Assembly: GCA_035688315.1 (NCBI GenBank)
Contig: DASSND010000066.1
Location: forward strand, 4,237 to 68,236
Direction: 5' to 3'
Source: Gaiellaceae bacterium
GTDB taxonomy: Bacteria; Actinomycetota; Thermoleophilia; Gaiellales; Gaiellaceae
DNA: 64,000 nt
Notes under the pieces: generated by a model
Told to the model about the DNA's origin: nothing
Database searches by the model: none
What the model saw: only the letters and a program-made list of their open reading frames with translations
In this document: positions 42,159 to 50,616 of the stretch, piece by piece
Position numbering within the stretch: position 1 is the first letter of the stretch
Layout of the letters: every line of letters begins with the position of its first letter
Program-made: the position numbers and the translations under genes

Positions 42159-43145
42159 CTACCAGGCCTCGCGCAGCAGCCGCTCGATCTCCTCCGGGCT
42201 CGCCGGGTGCGGGTTGGCCTGGTTGCCGCCGCGCTGCGCGGCCGAGGCTGCGAGAGCGGGCAGGTCCCGCTCGGGCACGCCGAGGTCGCGGAGGCGCGTC
42301 GCGCCGCCGAGCGCGCACAGCTCCTCGACACGCGCCGCGGGATCGTCCGGCGCCCCGATCGCCTCGCCGAGACGCCGCACCGCGTCGGGCACCAACGCGG
42401 CGTTGAAGCGGAGGACGGGCGGCAGGCAGATCCCGTTTAGCGTCCCGTGCGGGAGCCCGTACGCGCCGCCGACGGCCTGGGCCAGCGCGTGCGCGAGCGC
42501 GAGCATCGAGCCGGCGAGAGCGGCGCCGCCGTGGGCGGCGCCGCGCAAGAGGCCGGTGCGCGCCTCGCGGTCGCGCGGCGAGTCGACCACCCGCGGCAGC
42601 CATTCCGAGATCAGCGCGGCTCCGGCGAGCGCCTCCTCGTCGGCGGCCGGGTTGTGCCCCCGCGCGTAGAGGGCCTCGGCGCAGTGGGCGAGCGCGTTCA
42701 GGGCCGTCCCGACGGTCGTCTCCCTGGGCAGCTCGAGCGTCAGCTCGGGCTCGTAGACGATCGCGGCCGGATGCGCGCCGCCCCCGCCGCCGCGCATGCG
42801 CCGCTCCGGGTCGCGGATGCCGAAGTAGCTCGTCCACTCGGCGCCGGAGTAGGTCGTCGGCACGGAGACGAGCGGCAGCCCGGTCGCGGCGGAGAGCGCC
42901 TTGCCGAGGTCGATCGCGCTGCCGCCGCCGACCGCGAGGACGCCGCCGGCCGAGCGGGCCTGCGCGGCCGCCTCCTCGAGCCGGTGCGACGGCACCTCGC
43001 GCCAGCGGGCGCGCTCCTCGACCCCCAGCTCGAGGTCGTCCCAGCGCGGGCTCGCGACGACGAGCGGCACCTCGACGCCGGCGGCGGCGCATGCGTCGGC
43101 GAGCGCGTCGAGGCCCCAGCGGACGACCATGCGCGGCACGGTCAC
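42159..43145 (-). CDS. Iron-containing alcohol dehydrogenase family protein (maleylacetate-reductase-like)
   Basis: 328 aa. Contains VLAVGGGSAIDLGKALSA, VSVPTTYSGAEW and LNALAHCAEALY...GLPHGTLNGICLPPVLRFN. Confidence 0.8.
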   Translation of the reverse strand: MTVPRMVVRWGLDALADACAAAGVEVPLVVASPRWDDLELGVEERARWREVPSHRLEEAAAQARSAGGVLAVGGGSAIDLGKALSAATGLPLVSVPTTYSGAEWTSYFGIRDPERRMRGGGGGAHPAAIVYEPELTLELPRETTVGTALNALAHCAEALYARGHNPAADEEALAGAALISEWLPRVVDSPRDREARTGLLRGAAHGGAALAGSMLALAHALAQAVGGAYGLPHGTLNGICLPPVLRFNAALVPDAVRRLGEAIGAPDDPAARVEELCALGGATRLRDLGVPERDLPALAASAAQRGGNQANPHPASPEEIERLLREAW

Positions 43146-44041
43146 TCGAGCCGCCCGCGCGCGAACTCGACGAACGCCTGGGCGACGCGCGTCTCCGCGC
43201 GGCCGGTCGAGCGGACGAGCGAGATCTCCCGCGAGGGCTCGAGCCCCTCGACGCGCGCGACCGCGAGCGCGCCCGAGGCGAGGTCGCCCTCGATCGCGGT
43301 CTTCGAGATGAACGTCACCCCGAAGCCGGCGAGCACGGCGGTGCGCGCCGACTCCTGCAGCCCCAGCTCGAGCCGCACGTCGAGGTCGCGCAGGCGGACG
43401 CCCAGCTCGCGCAGCTCGTCGTCGATCACCTGACGCACGCCGGCACCATCCTGCATCAGCACGAGCGGCTCTTCCCGGAGCTGCGCGAGCGACACCGTCC
43501 GGCCCGCGAACGCGTGGCCGGCGGGGACGGCGAGCACCACCTCGTCACGGAAGAACGGCTCGAAGCTGACGCCGCGGTGGCGTCGCGCCGCGCCGACGAC
43601 GCCCAGCTCCAGCTCGCGGCGGGCGACCGCCTCGACGACGCTCTGCGTGTCCGAGACGGTCAGCGCGACCCGCACCTGCGGGTGCGCGCGCTGGAACTCC
43701 GCGAGCACGACGGGCACGACCGTCCCGCCCGGCCCGGTCGAGGCGCCGATCTCGAGCCTGCCGGCCAGCTCGCCCTCCGCCTCCTCGCCCAGCTCGGCGA
43801 GCAACTGCTCCTCCAGCGCGAGCAGCCGCTGCGCGCTCCGGTAGAGGCGCTGGCCCGCCTCGGTCGGCTCGACGCGGCGCCCCGACCGGTCGAGGAGCTG
43901 CTGGCCGAGCCGCTTCTCGAGCGAGCGGATCTGCAGGCTCACCGCCGGCTGGGTCACGCCGAGCTGGTCGGCCGCCTGCGAGAAGCTGCGCCGCTCGACC
44001 ACCGCGCAGAACGCGGCGAGCTGACGCGTGTCCATAAGCAC
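43142..44041 (-). CDS. LysR family transcriptional regulator
   Basis: The HTH region is MDTRQLAAFCAVVERRSFSQAADQLGVTQPAVSLQIRSLEKRLGQQLLDRSGR. The likely start is the MDTRQL Met at 44035. ATGA-type overlap with the downstream ADH gene. Confidence 0.9.
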   Translation of the reverse strand: MLMDTRQLAAFCAVVERRSFSQAADQLGVTQPAVSLQIRSLEKRLGQQLLDRSGRRVEPTEAGQRLYRSAQRLLALEEQLLAELGEEAEGELAGRLEIGASTGPGGTVVPVVLAEFQRAHPQVRVALTVSDTQSVVEAVARRELELGVVGAARRHRGVSFEPFFRDEVVLAVPAGHAFAGRTVSLAQLREEPLVLMQDGAGVRQVIDDELRELGVRLRDLDVRLELGLQESARTAVLAGFGVTFISKTAIEGDLASGALAVARVEGLEPSREISLVRSTGRAETRVAQAFVEFARGRLE

Positions 44042-44074
44042 ATCTTATCGAAGCGGAGGACTACCATCCCTGGG

Positions 44075-44761
44075 GTGCCGGAGACGACGCCGGGCATCGA
44101 GGACACGCTGGTCCGCGGCTACCGGCGGCTCGCCGACGAGGCCGCCGGACGGCGCCACGACACGGTGCTGCGCACCCTCGACGTGGCGCTCGCGCTGCTC
44201 TTCCTGCTCGTATCGCTGCCGCTTTCGCTGCTGCTCGCGCTCGTCGTGCTCACGACGAGCGGGGCGCCGATCTTCTACCGCGGCGAGCGCGTCGGCCGCG
44301 GCGGGCGCGTCTTCACGATGCTCAAGTTCCGGACGCTCCGCCGCGGCGCCGAGGAGCGGCTCGGCCCGTACCTCGGCGAGGAGCTGGTCCGCCGCACGCA
44401 GGCGGAGTTCACGCCGGTCGGCCGCTGGCTGAAGGCGACCCAGCTCGACGAGGTGCCGCAGTTCCTGAACGTGCTGCGCGGCGACATGAGCCTCGTCGGG
44501 CCGCGCCCGATCCGTCCCGTCTTCTTCGCGGAGCTGGCCCACGACCTGCCCGCATACTGGCAGCGGCTCGTCGTCCGGCCCGGCCTCACCGGATTGGCGC
44601 AGGTGCGCCGCGGCTACGAGACGAGCATGGCCGAGAAGCTCGCGCACGACCTGGAGTGGATCGCGGACCGCTCGGTGCGCCTCTACCTGCGCACGGTCGC
44701 CGCGACCGGGTGGCGCGTGCTCCGGCAGTCGCTGCGAGGAGTCGTCCGCCCGGACGCGTGA
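44075..44761 (+). CDS. Polyprenyl-phosphate sugar-1-phosphate transferase (bacterial sugar transferase, WbaP/PglC C-terminal type)
   Basis: In-frame GTG at 44075 in track ORF 43091..44761. One TM helix (RTLDVALALLFLLVSLPLSLLLALVVL), then GAPIFYRGERVGRGGRVFTMLKFRTL, LDEVPQFLNVLRGDMSLVGPRP and PGLTGLAQV. Confidence 0.85.
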   Translation: MPETTPGIEDTLVRGYRRLADEAAGRRHDTVLRTLDVALALLFLLVSLPLSLLLALVVLTTSGAPIFYRGERVGRGGRVFTMLKFRTLRRGAEERLGPYLGEELVRRTQAEFTPVGRWLKATQLDEVPQFLNVLRGDMSLVGPRPIRPVFFAELAHDLPAYWQRLVVRPGLTGLAQVRRGYETSMAEKLAHDLEWIADRSVRLYLRTVAATGWRVLRQSLRGVVRPDA

Positions 44762-45846
44762 GGAGGGCGATCGCAGGAACGGCGGCGGCGATGCTGCTCG
44801 CGGCGGCCGCGGCGGCGCTGCTCTGGCCGGAGCTGCGCCCGTCGCCGCGCCGGCCGGCACGGCCGGCGGCGCCGCTGCTCGTCGGCGTCGACGACGACAC
44901 GTTGAAGTGGACGGCGAGCCCGCTCGAGGTGGTGCGACGGCAGCGGCAGCTCGGCGCGCACGCCGTCCGCGTCTGGGTGCCCTGGCAGGGCGAGGCGGAG
45001 CCGAACGCCGTTCGCCGGGTCGAGCTGGCACGCGCGGAGCGCGCCGCCCGCAAGACGAAGGTGGTGCTGGCCGTCTTCGGCTTCGCCGCCAGCACCCCGA
45101 CCGACGACGCGGCCCAGGCGCGCTTCTGCGGCTACGCGCGCGCCGCGCTCGCGCGCGTGCCCGACGCGGCCGCGGTCGTCGTCTGGAACGAGGTCAACTC
45201 GCGCACCTACTGGCGCGGCACGCCCGAGCAGTACGAGCGCCTGCTCGCCCGCTGCTACGACGCGCTGCACGCCGAGCGCGGCGACGTGGTCGTGCTCGAC
45301 TCGACCGCCTCCGCGCATGCGCCGGCCGCGTTCCTGCGCGCCGTCGGGGCCGCCTACCGCGCGAGCGGCCGCACGAGACCCCTCGTCGACGCCTTCGGGC
45401 ACAACCCCTACCCGCGCACCTCGGCGGAGCCCCCCGACGCCGTGCATCCGGACGGCTTCCTCGGCGAGGGCGACTACGGCCGCCTGATCCGGGTCCTCGA
45501 CGACGGCTTCGCCGGCACCGCCCAGCCGCGGCCGGTGGTCTGGTATCTGGAGGACGGCTTCCAGACCGCGCCCCCGCCGCACCTGAGCCACCGCTACGGC
45601 GGCGTCGAGAACGCGCTCACCATCTCGCCGCAAACGCAGGCGGAGCGGCTGAGGCGCGCGATCATGCTCGCCGCCTGCCAGCCGCGCGTGCACGCCTTCT
45701 TCAACTTCGAGCTGGTCGACGAGACACGCCTCGCGGGCTGGCAGTCCGGCTTGCTCTGGCGGGGCGCCCGGCCGAAACCGGCCGCGAGCGCGTTCGCGGA
45801 GGCCGCCCGGGCCGTCCGGAACGGCGAGCCGGTCTGCCGCCCGTAG
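44758..45846 (+). CDS. Hypothetical N-terminally anchored protein (possible glycoside-hydrolase-like TIM barrel)
   Basis: The in-frame GTG overlaps the previous stop (GTGA). Sequence: VRRAIAGTAAAMLLAAAAAALLW..., then VGVDDDTLKW...VRVWVPW...VVVWNEVNS...NPYP. The N-E-V-N block resembles clan GH-A acid/base motifs, but the family is not recognised. Confidence 0.5.
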   Translation: MRRAIAGTAAAMLLAAAAAALLWPELRPSPRRPARPAAPLLVGVDDDTLKWTASPLEVVRRQRQLGAHAVRVWVPWQGEAEPNAVRRVELARAERAARKTKVVLAVFGFAASTPTDDAAQARFCGYARAALARVPDAAAVVVWNEVNSRTYWRGTPEQYERLLARCYDALHAERGDVVVLDSTASAHAPAAFLRAVGAAYRASGRTRPLVDAFGHNPYPRTSAEPPDAVHPDGFLGEGDYGRLIRVLDDGFAGTAQPRPVVWYLEDGFQTAPPPHLSHRYGGVENALTISPQTQAERLRRAIMLAACQPRVHAFFNFELVDETRLAGWQSGLLWRGARPKPAASAFAEAARAVRNGEPVCRP

Positions 45847-45856
45847 AGTTCCCGCG

Positions 45857-47743
45857 ATGTGCGGGATCTGCGGGATCGTCACGAGCCACGGCGCCCCCGA
45901 CCGGGGCCGGCTCGCCGCGATGAGCGAGCTGCTCCTCCACCGCGGCCCCGACAGCGGCGGCGAGCACGTCGACGGGCCGGTCGCGCTCGCGGCGCGGCGG
46001 CTCTCGATCCAGGATCTCGAGCACGGCGACCAGCCGATCGCGAACGAGGACGGCAGCTGCGTCGTCGTCCAGAACGGCGAGATCTACAACTTCCCCGAGC
46101 TGCAGCGCGAGCTGGTCGGCGCCGGCCACGTCTTCCGCACGCGCTGCGACACCGAGGCGCTCGTCCACCTCTACGAGCAGCACGGCGTCGGCTTCGCGGA
46201 GCGGCTGCGCGGGATGTTCGCGGTCGCCGTGTGGGACGCGCCCCGCCGCCGCCTCGTGCTCGCCCGCGACCGCTACGGGATCAAGCCCCTCTACTACCGC
46301 CACGCGGCCGGAACGCTCGAGTTCGCGTCCGAGCTGCGCCCGCTGCCGCGCGGCGAGATCGACCTCGACGCGCTCGAGGCGTTCCTCGCGTTCAACTCGA
46401 TCCCGGCTCCGTACTCGATCTTCCGGGAGACCCGCAAGCTGCCCGCCGGCCACGTCCTCGTCTGGGAGGACGGCACGGTGTCGCTCGAGCGCTACGCGCT
46501 TCCCGGGCCGCTGCCGGCCGGCGAGCTGCGCGAGGGCGACGAGGCGGAGCTGGTCGAGGAGCTGCGCGCCCGGCTGCGCGACTCGGTGCGCGCCCACCTC
46601 CTGGCCGACGTGCCGGTCGGGGTGCTGCTCTCGGGCGGCGTCGACTCGGCCGCGCTGGCGGCGCTCGCGGCGCAGGAGTCCGCCGAGCCGGTGCACACGT
46701 TCACGATCGGCTTCGCGGAGCGGAGCTTCGACGAGCGCGCCGACGCGCGGCTCGTCGCCGAGCGCTACGGCACGAACCATCACGAGCTGCTCGTCCGCCC
46801 GGAGCCGGAGCTGCTGCTGCGGGCGCTCGCCGAGGCGTTCGACGAGCCGTTCGCCGACTCGTCGGCGCTCCCGACCTATCTCGTCTCCGGGCTCGCGGCC
46901 GAGCACGTGAAGGTCGCGCTCTCGGGCGAGGGGGGCGACGAGCTGTTCGGCGGCTACTACACGTACGCCGCCGACCTGCTCGCGGACCGGCTCGCCCCGC
47001 TCGCGACGCTCGCGCGTCCGCTGGTCGAGGCGCTCCCGGCCTCGACGCGCAAGGCGAGCCTCGACTACAAGGCGAAGCGGTTCGTCCGCGCCGCGCACCT
47101 GCCGCCGCTCGAGCGCCACCACGGCTGGAAGGAGATCTTCTCCCCCGACGCGCGCGCCGAGCTGACCGGCCGCCGGGCCGGGTTCGACCCGGTGGACGTC
47201 TACCGCGCCCGCTACGCCGAGACGCAGGGCGCGCCGGAGCTGGCGCGGCTGCAGGACGTCGACTTCGGCGTCTACCTCGTCGACGACCTGCTCGTGAAGA
47301 CCGACCGCGCCTCGATGGCGCACTCGCTGGAGGCGCGCGTGCCGTTCCTCGATCCGGCCGTGACGAACCTCGCGTTCGCGCTGCCGACGCGGCACAAGGT
47401 GCGGGGCCTCGCGAAGAAGGTGCTGCTGCGGAAGGCGGTCGAGCCGCTCTTGCCGCGCGAGGTGGTGCACGGGCGCAAGCGCGGCTTCTCGATCCCGGCG
47501 GCGGCCTGGCTGCGCGGCGAGCTGGAGCCGTTCGCGCGCGAGACGCTCTCCGCGAGCCTCGAACGGCAGGGCTTCTTCCGCCCGGCGGCCGCCGCGCGCC
47601 TGCTCGACGAGCACGTCGCCGGCCGGGAGGATCGAAGCCGGCAGCTGTGGGGGCTGCTCGCGTTCACGCTCTGGTACGAACGCCACGTGGAGCAGGAGCC
47701 GCCGCGCGTTCGATCCGCCCGGATGGAGATGCTGGCGGCGTGA
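45857..47743 (+). CDS. asnB: Asparagine synthase (glutamine-hydrolysing) family amidotransferase
   Basis: 628 aa. The N-terminus MCGICGIV carries the Cys nucleophile. Also contains RGPDSGG, NGEIYNF and the PP-loop VGVLLSGGVDSAA. Confidence 0.9.
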   Translation: MCGICGIVTSHGAPDRGRLAAMSELLLHRGPDSGGEHVDGPVALAARRLSIQDLEHGDQPIANEDGSCVVVQNGEIYNFPELQRELVGAGHVFRTRCDTEALVHLYEQHGVGFAERLRGMFAVAVWDAPRRRLVLARDRYGIKPLYYRHAAGTLEFASELRPLPRGEIDLDALEAFLAFNSIPAPYSIFRETRKLPAGHVLVWEDGTVSLERYALPGPLPAGELREGDEAELVEELRARLRDSVRAHLLADVPVGVLLSGGVDSAALAALAAQESAEPVHTFTIGFAERSFDERADARLVAERYGTNHHELLVRPEPELLLRALAEAFDEPFADSSALPTYLVSGLAAEHVKVALSGEGGDELFGGYYTYAADLLADRLAPLATLARPLVEALPASTRKASLDYKAKRFVRAAHLPPLERHHGWKEIFSPDARAELTGRRAGFDPVDVYRARYAETQGAPELARLQDVDFGVYLVDDLLVKTDRASMAHSLEARVPFLDPAVTNLAFALPTRHKVRGLAKKVLLRKAVEPLLPREVVHGRKRGFSIPAAAWLRGELEPFARETLSASLERQGFFRPAAAARLLDEHVAGREDRSRQLWGLLAFTLWYERHVEQEPPRVRSARMEMLAA

Positions 47744-48759
47744 AGGTCTGGATGGACATGACGGCGTCGGCGCACGTGCTCGTGTTCCGGCCGCTGATCG
47801 AGATCCTGCGGGAGCGCGGCGACGAGGTGGAGATCACGGCGCGCGACTACGCGCAGACGCTGCAGCTGCTCGAGCTGCACGGGCTCGAGGCCGACGCGGT
47901 GATCGGCCGCCACGGGGGCCGGTCGCGGCTGCAGAAGGCGCGGCAGATGACGCATCGTCTCGGCGCGCTGCACCGCTGGGCGAAGGGGCGCGGCTTCGAC
48001 GTCGCGCTCGCGCACGGCTCGCACGAGCTGACGGTGACGGCGCGGCGGCTCGGCATCCCCAGCTCGACGACGTTCGACTACGAGTTCGCGACGCTCCAGC
48101 ACCAGATCGGCTGCCGCGCGGCGACGCGCGTGGTCGTGCCGGACGCGATCCCGCCGCAGCGGCTGCGCCCGTACGGCGTGCGCCCGCCGAAGCTCGTCCA
48201 GTACGAGGGGTTGAAGGAGGAGTACTACCTCGGCGACTTCGAGCCAGACCGCTCGCTCCTGGAGCGGTTCGGCGTCGACCCCGCCCGGGTGCTCGTGGTG
48301 CTGCGGCCGCCGCCGGACGTCTCGCTCTACCACCGGCACGCGAACCCGCTCTTCCCGCAGACGCTCGACCATCTCGGCCGGCTCGAGCACGTGCAGGCGT
48401 TCGTGCTGCCGCGGACCGAGGAGCAGCGCGAGTACGTGCGCTCGCTGGCGCTGCCGTCGGTGATCCTCCCGGAGCGGGCGGTGGACGCGCAGAGCCTGAT
48501 CGCGCTCGCGGACGTCGTCGTCTCGGCCGGCGGGACGATGAACCGCGAGGCGGCCGCGCTCGGGGTGCCGGTCTACACGACCTACGGCGGCCGGCTCGGC
48601 GGCGTCGACGAGGAGCTGATCCGCCGCGGACGCCTGAAGCCGCTGACCGACCCGCGCGCCCTCGACCTGCGCAAGCGCGACGAAACCGGCGCGGGCCAGC
48701 GCGTCCGCCGCGACCCGCACCGCCTGCTCGAGCTGCTCCTCTCGGCCCTCGCCGCCTGA
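47740..48759 (+). CDS. DUF354 family protein (GT-B/epimerase-like fold, glycan-locus associated)
   Basis: In-frame GTG at 47740 (GTGA overlap; alternative Met at about 47752). Contains VWMDMTASAHVLVFRPLIEILRERGDEVEITARDYAQTLQLLELHGLEADAVIGRHGG and ADVVVSAGGTMNREAAALGVPVYT, which match my recollection of the DUF354 consensus. Confidence 0.7.
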   Translation: MKVWMDMTASAHVLVFRPLIEILRERGDEVEITARDYAQTLQLLELHGLEADAVIGRHGGRSRLQKARQMTHRLGALHRWAKGRGFDVALAHGSHELTVTARRLGIPSSTTFDYEFATLQHQIGCRAATRVVVPDAIPPQRLRPYGVRPPKLVQYEGLKEEYYLGDFEPDRSLLERFGVDPARVLVVLRPPPDVSLYHRHANPLFPQTLDHLGRLEHVQAFVLPRTEEQREYVRSLALPSVILPERAVDAQSLIALADVVVSAGGTMNREAAALGVPVYTTYGGRLGGVDEELIRRGRLKPLTDPRALDLRKRDETGAGQRVRRDPHRLLELLLSALAA

Positions 48760-48959
48760 CCGAAACAACCCGGCCCGGGCTCGGACATGTCCGTTCCAGC
48801 CATGTCCCGCCTCCCGGGACCCCCGCCCTTCCGGGTGGGGCGGCGTCCCGCCGCCCTGCCGGGGACGCTAGCGGAGAACCCGTGACGGATTCGTGCCGAC
48901 TCTGTGCCGGATCGTCGCGGGCGGACGGGACGGATCGCCGCGGGCGGACCGGGCGCGGC

Positions 48960-48994
48960 GGGCGGCCCGGGCTCGCTGGGAGCCCGGGCCGCCC
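48960..48994 (-). terminator. GC-rich perfect hairpin (15-bp stem, 5-nt loop) 8 nt downstream of the secreted-protein stop
   Basis: Sequence: gggcggcccgggctc-gctgg-gagcccgggccgccc. There is no U-tract, which is common in high-GC actinobacteria. It lies in the convergent spacer 48760..49001. Confidence 0.5.
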
Positions 48995-49001
48995 GGTCCG
49001 G

Positions 49002-50117
49002 CTAGCCGCGCGTCGAGGCGGGGAAGCTGACGACGCGCCGCACCGAGACGCCGCCGAGCGCCGACTCGCCCGGCTTCGTCGCGCGGAGGAGCACGGCCAG
49101 CAGCTGCTGGCGCCGGCTCGCCGGATAGCCGCTCAGGCGCGGCTGGGTGAGCGTCGCCCAGCCGTTCCCGTCCGTCGTCGCCTGACCGCCCCGGAACTGG
49201 TTGTACGGGATCGAGACGGCGAAGACGGTCGCGCCCTGCACGGGCCGGCCGTCGCAGGCGGTGACCCGGGCGCGGAGCTGGATCGAGCCGACCGACGGGC
49301 GGACGACCGCCGGCTCCATCGTCCAGCTGGAGACCGAGAGCCGCGCCGGCGGTGCGAGATCGTGCACCTGGATCGTGCCGGTGCCGGCCGGGCAGCCGTT
49401 TCCGGCCGGCGCCGCCGAGCCCGGGACGACCGCCGTCGGCACCGAGGTCGCCTGCGTGGAGCCGGCCCCGTTGCTCGCGGTCACCGAGACGCGAAGCGTC
49501 GTGCCCGCGTCGACCTGCTTCAGCGTGTAGGTGTCCGCGGTGGCGCCGCCGATCGCGGAGCAGCTGTTGCCGTTCTCGTCGCAGCGGCTCCAGGCGTAGG
49601 CGAACGTCGTCGGGTTGTTGTTCCAGTCGCCCTTGCTCGCGGTCAGCTTCTGGCCGACGGCGACCGTGCCGGAGATCGCCGGCGCGGCCGTGTTCGCGGG
49701 CGCGGCCGCACTGGAGACGACGGCGCTCGGCGCGGAGGTCGCCGACGACGACCCGTCGGCGTTCGTCGCCGTCACGGTCGCGCGGAGCGTGTGGCCGACG
49801 TCGCCCGCGACGAGCTTGTACGCGTCGTCGGTCGCTCCCGCGATCGCGGCGCAGCCGTCGCCGTTCTGGTCGCAGCGGCTCCACGCGTACGCGTACGAGG
49901 TCGGGCTCCCGCTCCATGTTCCCGGCGTCACCCGGACCGTCTCCCCCTCCTGCGGCGTGCCTGTGATCGTCGGCGAGGCCGTGTTCCCGGGCGCCGCGTC
50001 CGCCGCCGCGCCGCCGTTGTCCGGCTGGCCGAAGACGGCGCCGAGCGCGAGCGCCGCGGCCGCGAGGCCGAGCGCCGCGCCGAGGCGCCGTGCGCCTGAA
50101 GTCGTGCGTCTCATCAC
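49002..50117 (-). CDS. Secreted protein with two tandem ~92-aa Ig-like repeats and a C-terminal beta-sandwich-like domain
   Basis: 371 aa. The signal peptide is MMRRTTSGARRLGAALGLAAAALALGAVFG. The repeats run PGNTASPTITGTPQEGETVRVTPGTWSGSPTSYAYAWSRCDQNGDGCAAIAGATDDAYKLV...VTATN and PANTAAPAISGTVAVGQKLTASKGDWNNNPTTFAYAWSRCDENGNSCSAIGGATADTYTLK...VTASN. Confidence 0.8.
   Translation of the reverse strand: MMRRTTSGARRLGAALGLAAAALALGAVFGQPDNGGAAADAAPGNTASPTITGTPQEGETVRVTPGTWSGSPTSYAYAWSRCDQNGDGCAAIAGATDDAYKLVAGDVGHTLRATVTATNADGSSSATSAPSAVVSSAAAPANTAAPAISGTVAVGQKLTASKGDWNNNPTTFAYAWSRCDENGNSCSAIGGATADTYTLKQVDAGTTLRVSVTASNGAGSTQATSVPTAVVPGSAAPAGNGCPAGTGTIQVHDLAPPARLSVSSWTMEPAVVRPSVGSIQLRARVTACDGRPVQGATVFAVSIPYNQFRGGQATTDGNGWATLTQPRLSGYPASRRQQLLAVLLRATKPGESALGGVSVRRVVSFPASTRG
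49425..49991 (-). repeat. Intragenic tandem duplication encoding the two Ig-like repeats (approx. 49716..49991 and 49425..49700)
   Basis: Coordinates were derived from residue positions 43-134 and 140-231 of the 371-aa protein. Each repeat has a conserved W-S-R-C-D-x-N-G-x-x-C pair. Confidence 0.7.
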
Positions 50118-50223
50118 GTTGAACCCCCTTTGGGCGATGGAGCCGAGTCGGCCCCAGTCCTAACGGACGAACGTTCACGGTCCGTTGCAGGCGCGTCAGG
50201 AGGGCGTAAAGCATCGCCCCCCA

Positions 50224-50261
50224 CATAGCGTTTCTGCTATGTTCATAGCAGGAGTGCTATG
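50224..50261. promoter_or_regulatory. Two phased 18-bp palindromes CATAGC-N6-GCTATG (50224..50241 and 50244..50261): operator-like site overlapping the SD and ATG of ORF 50259
   Basis: Read directly: catagcgtttctgctatg tt catagcaggagtgctatg. The second spacer contains AGGAG and the last half-site contains the ATG. The site lies in the divergent, relatively AT-rich spacer 50118..50258. Confidence 0.45.
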
Positions 50262-50615
50262 GCCGTGCCGCTTCCACGCCTGACACCGCCGACGGTCCTC
50301 GCGGCGCTCGAAGCGGTCGCGGCATCGCTGTCTACGCTGTCGCTCGCGCTCTTGCTCGCCGCGACGCCGCCGTTCGAGTGCGGCCCCGGCTACGCGAGCC
50401 CGGCGTCGCCGCTCCACGCGGGCGCCCTCGCGGTCGGCTGCGTTCTCGCCGGCGCGGCCGGCCTGCTCGTCGCGACCGGGATGGCGCTCGTCTCGCCGCG
50501 CGGCTCCGCGACGCGGAGCGGTGCGCTGCGCGCGCTCGGCCTCGCCGCACTCGCGCTCGCCCTCGCCGGCGGCGCGCTCGTCGTCGAGCTCTTCCGCTGG
50601 ACGTGCTGGCCGTAG
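50259..50615 (+). CDS. Hypothetical small membrane protein (118 aa, about 3 TM)
   Basis: Sequence: MAVPLPRLTPPTVLAALEAVAASLSTLSLALLLAATPPFECGPGY...LAALALALAGGALVVELFRWTCWP. It is preceded by AGGAG. No family recognised. Confidence 0.4.
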   Translation: MAVPLPRLTPPTVLAALEAVAASLSTLSLALLLAATPPFECGPGYASPASPLHAGALAVGCVLAGAAGLLVATGMALVSPRGSATRSGALRALGLAALALALAGGALVVELFRWTCWP

Positions 50616-50616
50616 C

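Noticed and set aside
48781-48792. The perfect 12-bp palindrome CGGACATGTCCG (followed by a second CATGTCC) in the convergent spacer after the DUF354 gene.
   Set aside because: It is a single short palindrome in a terminator region with no partner site or adjacent promoter. It is most likely part of a transcript-end structure, with too little evidence for a regulatory call.
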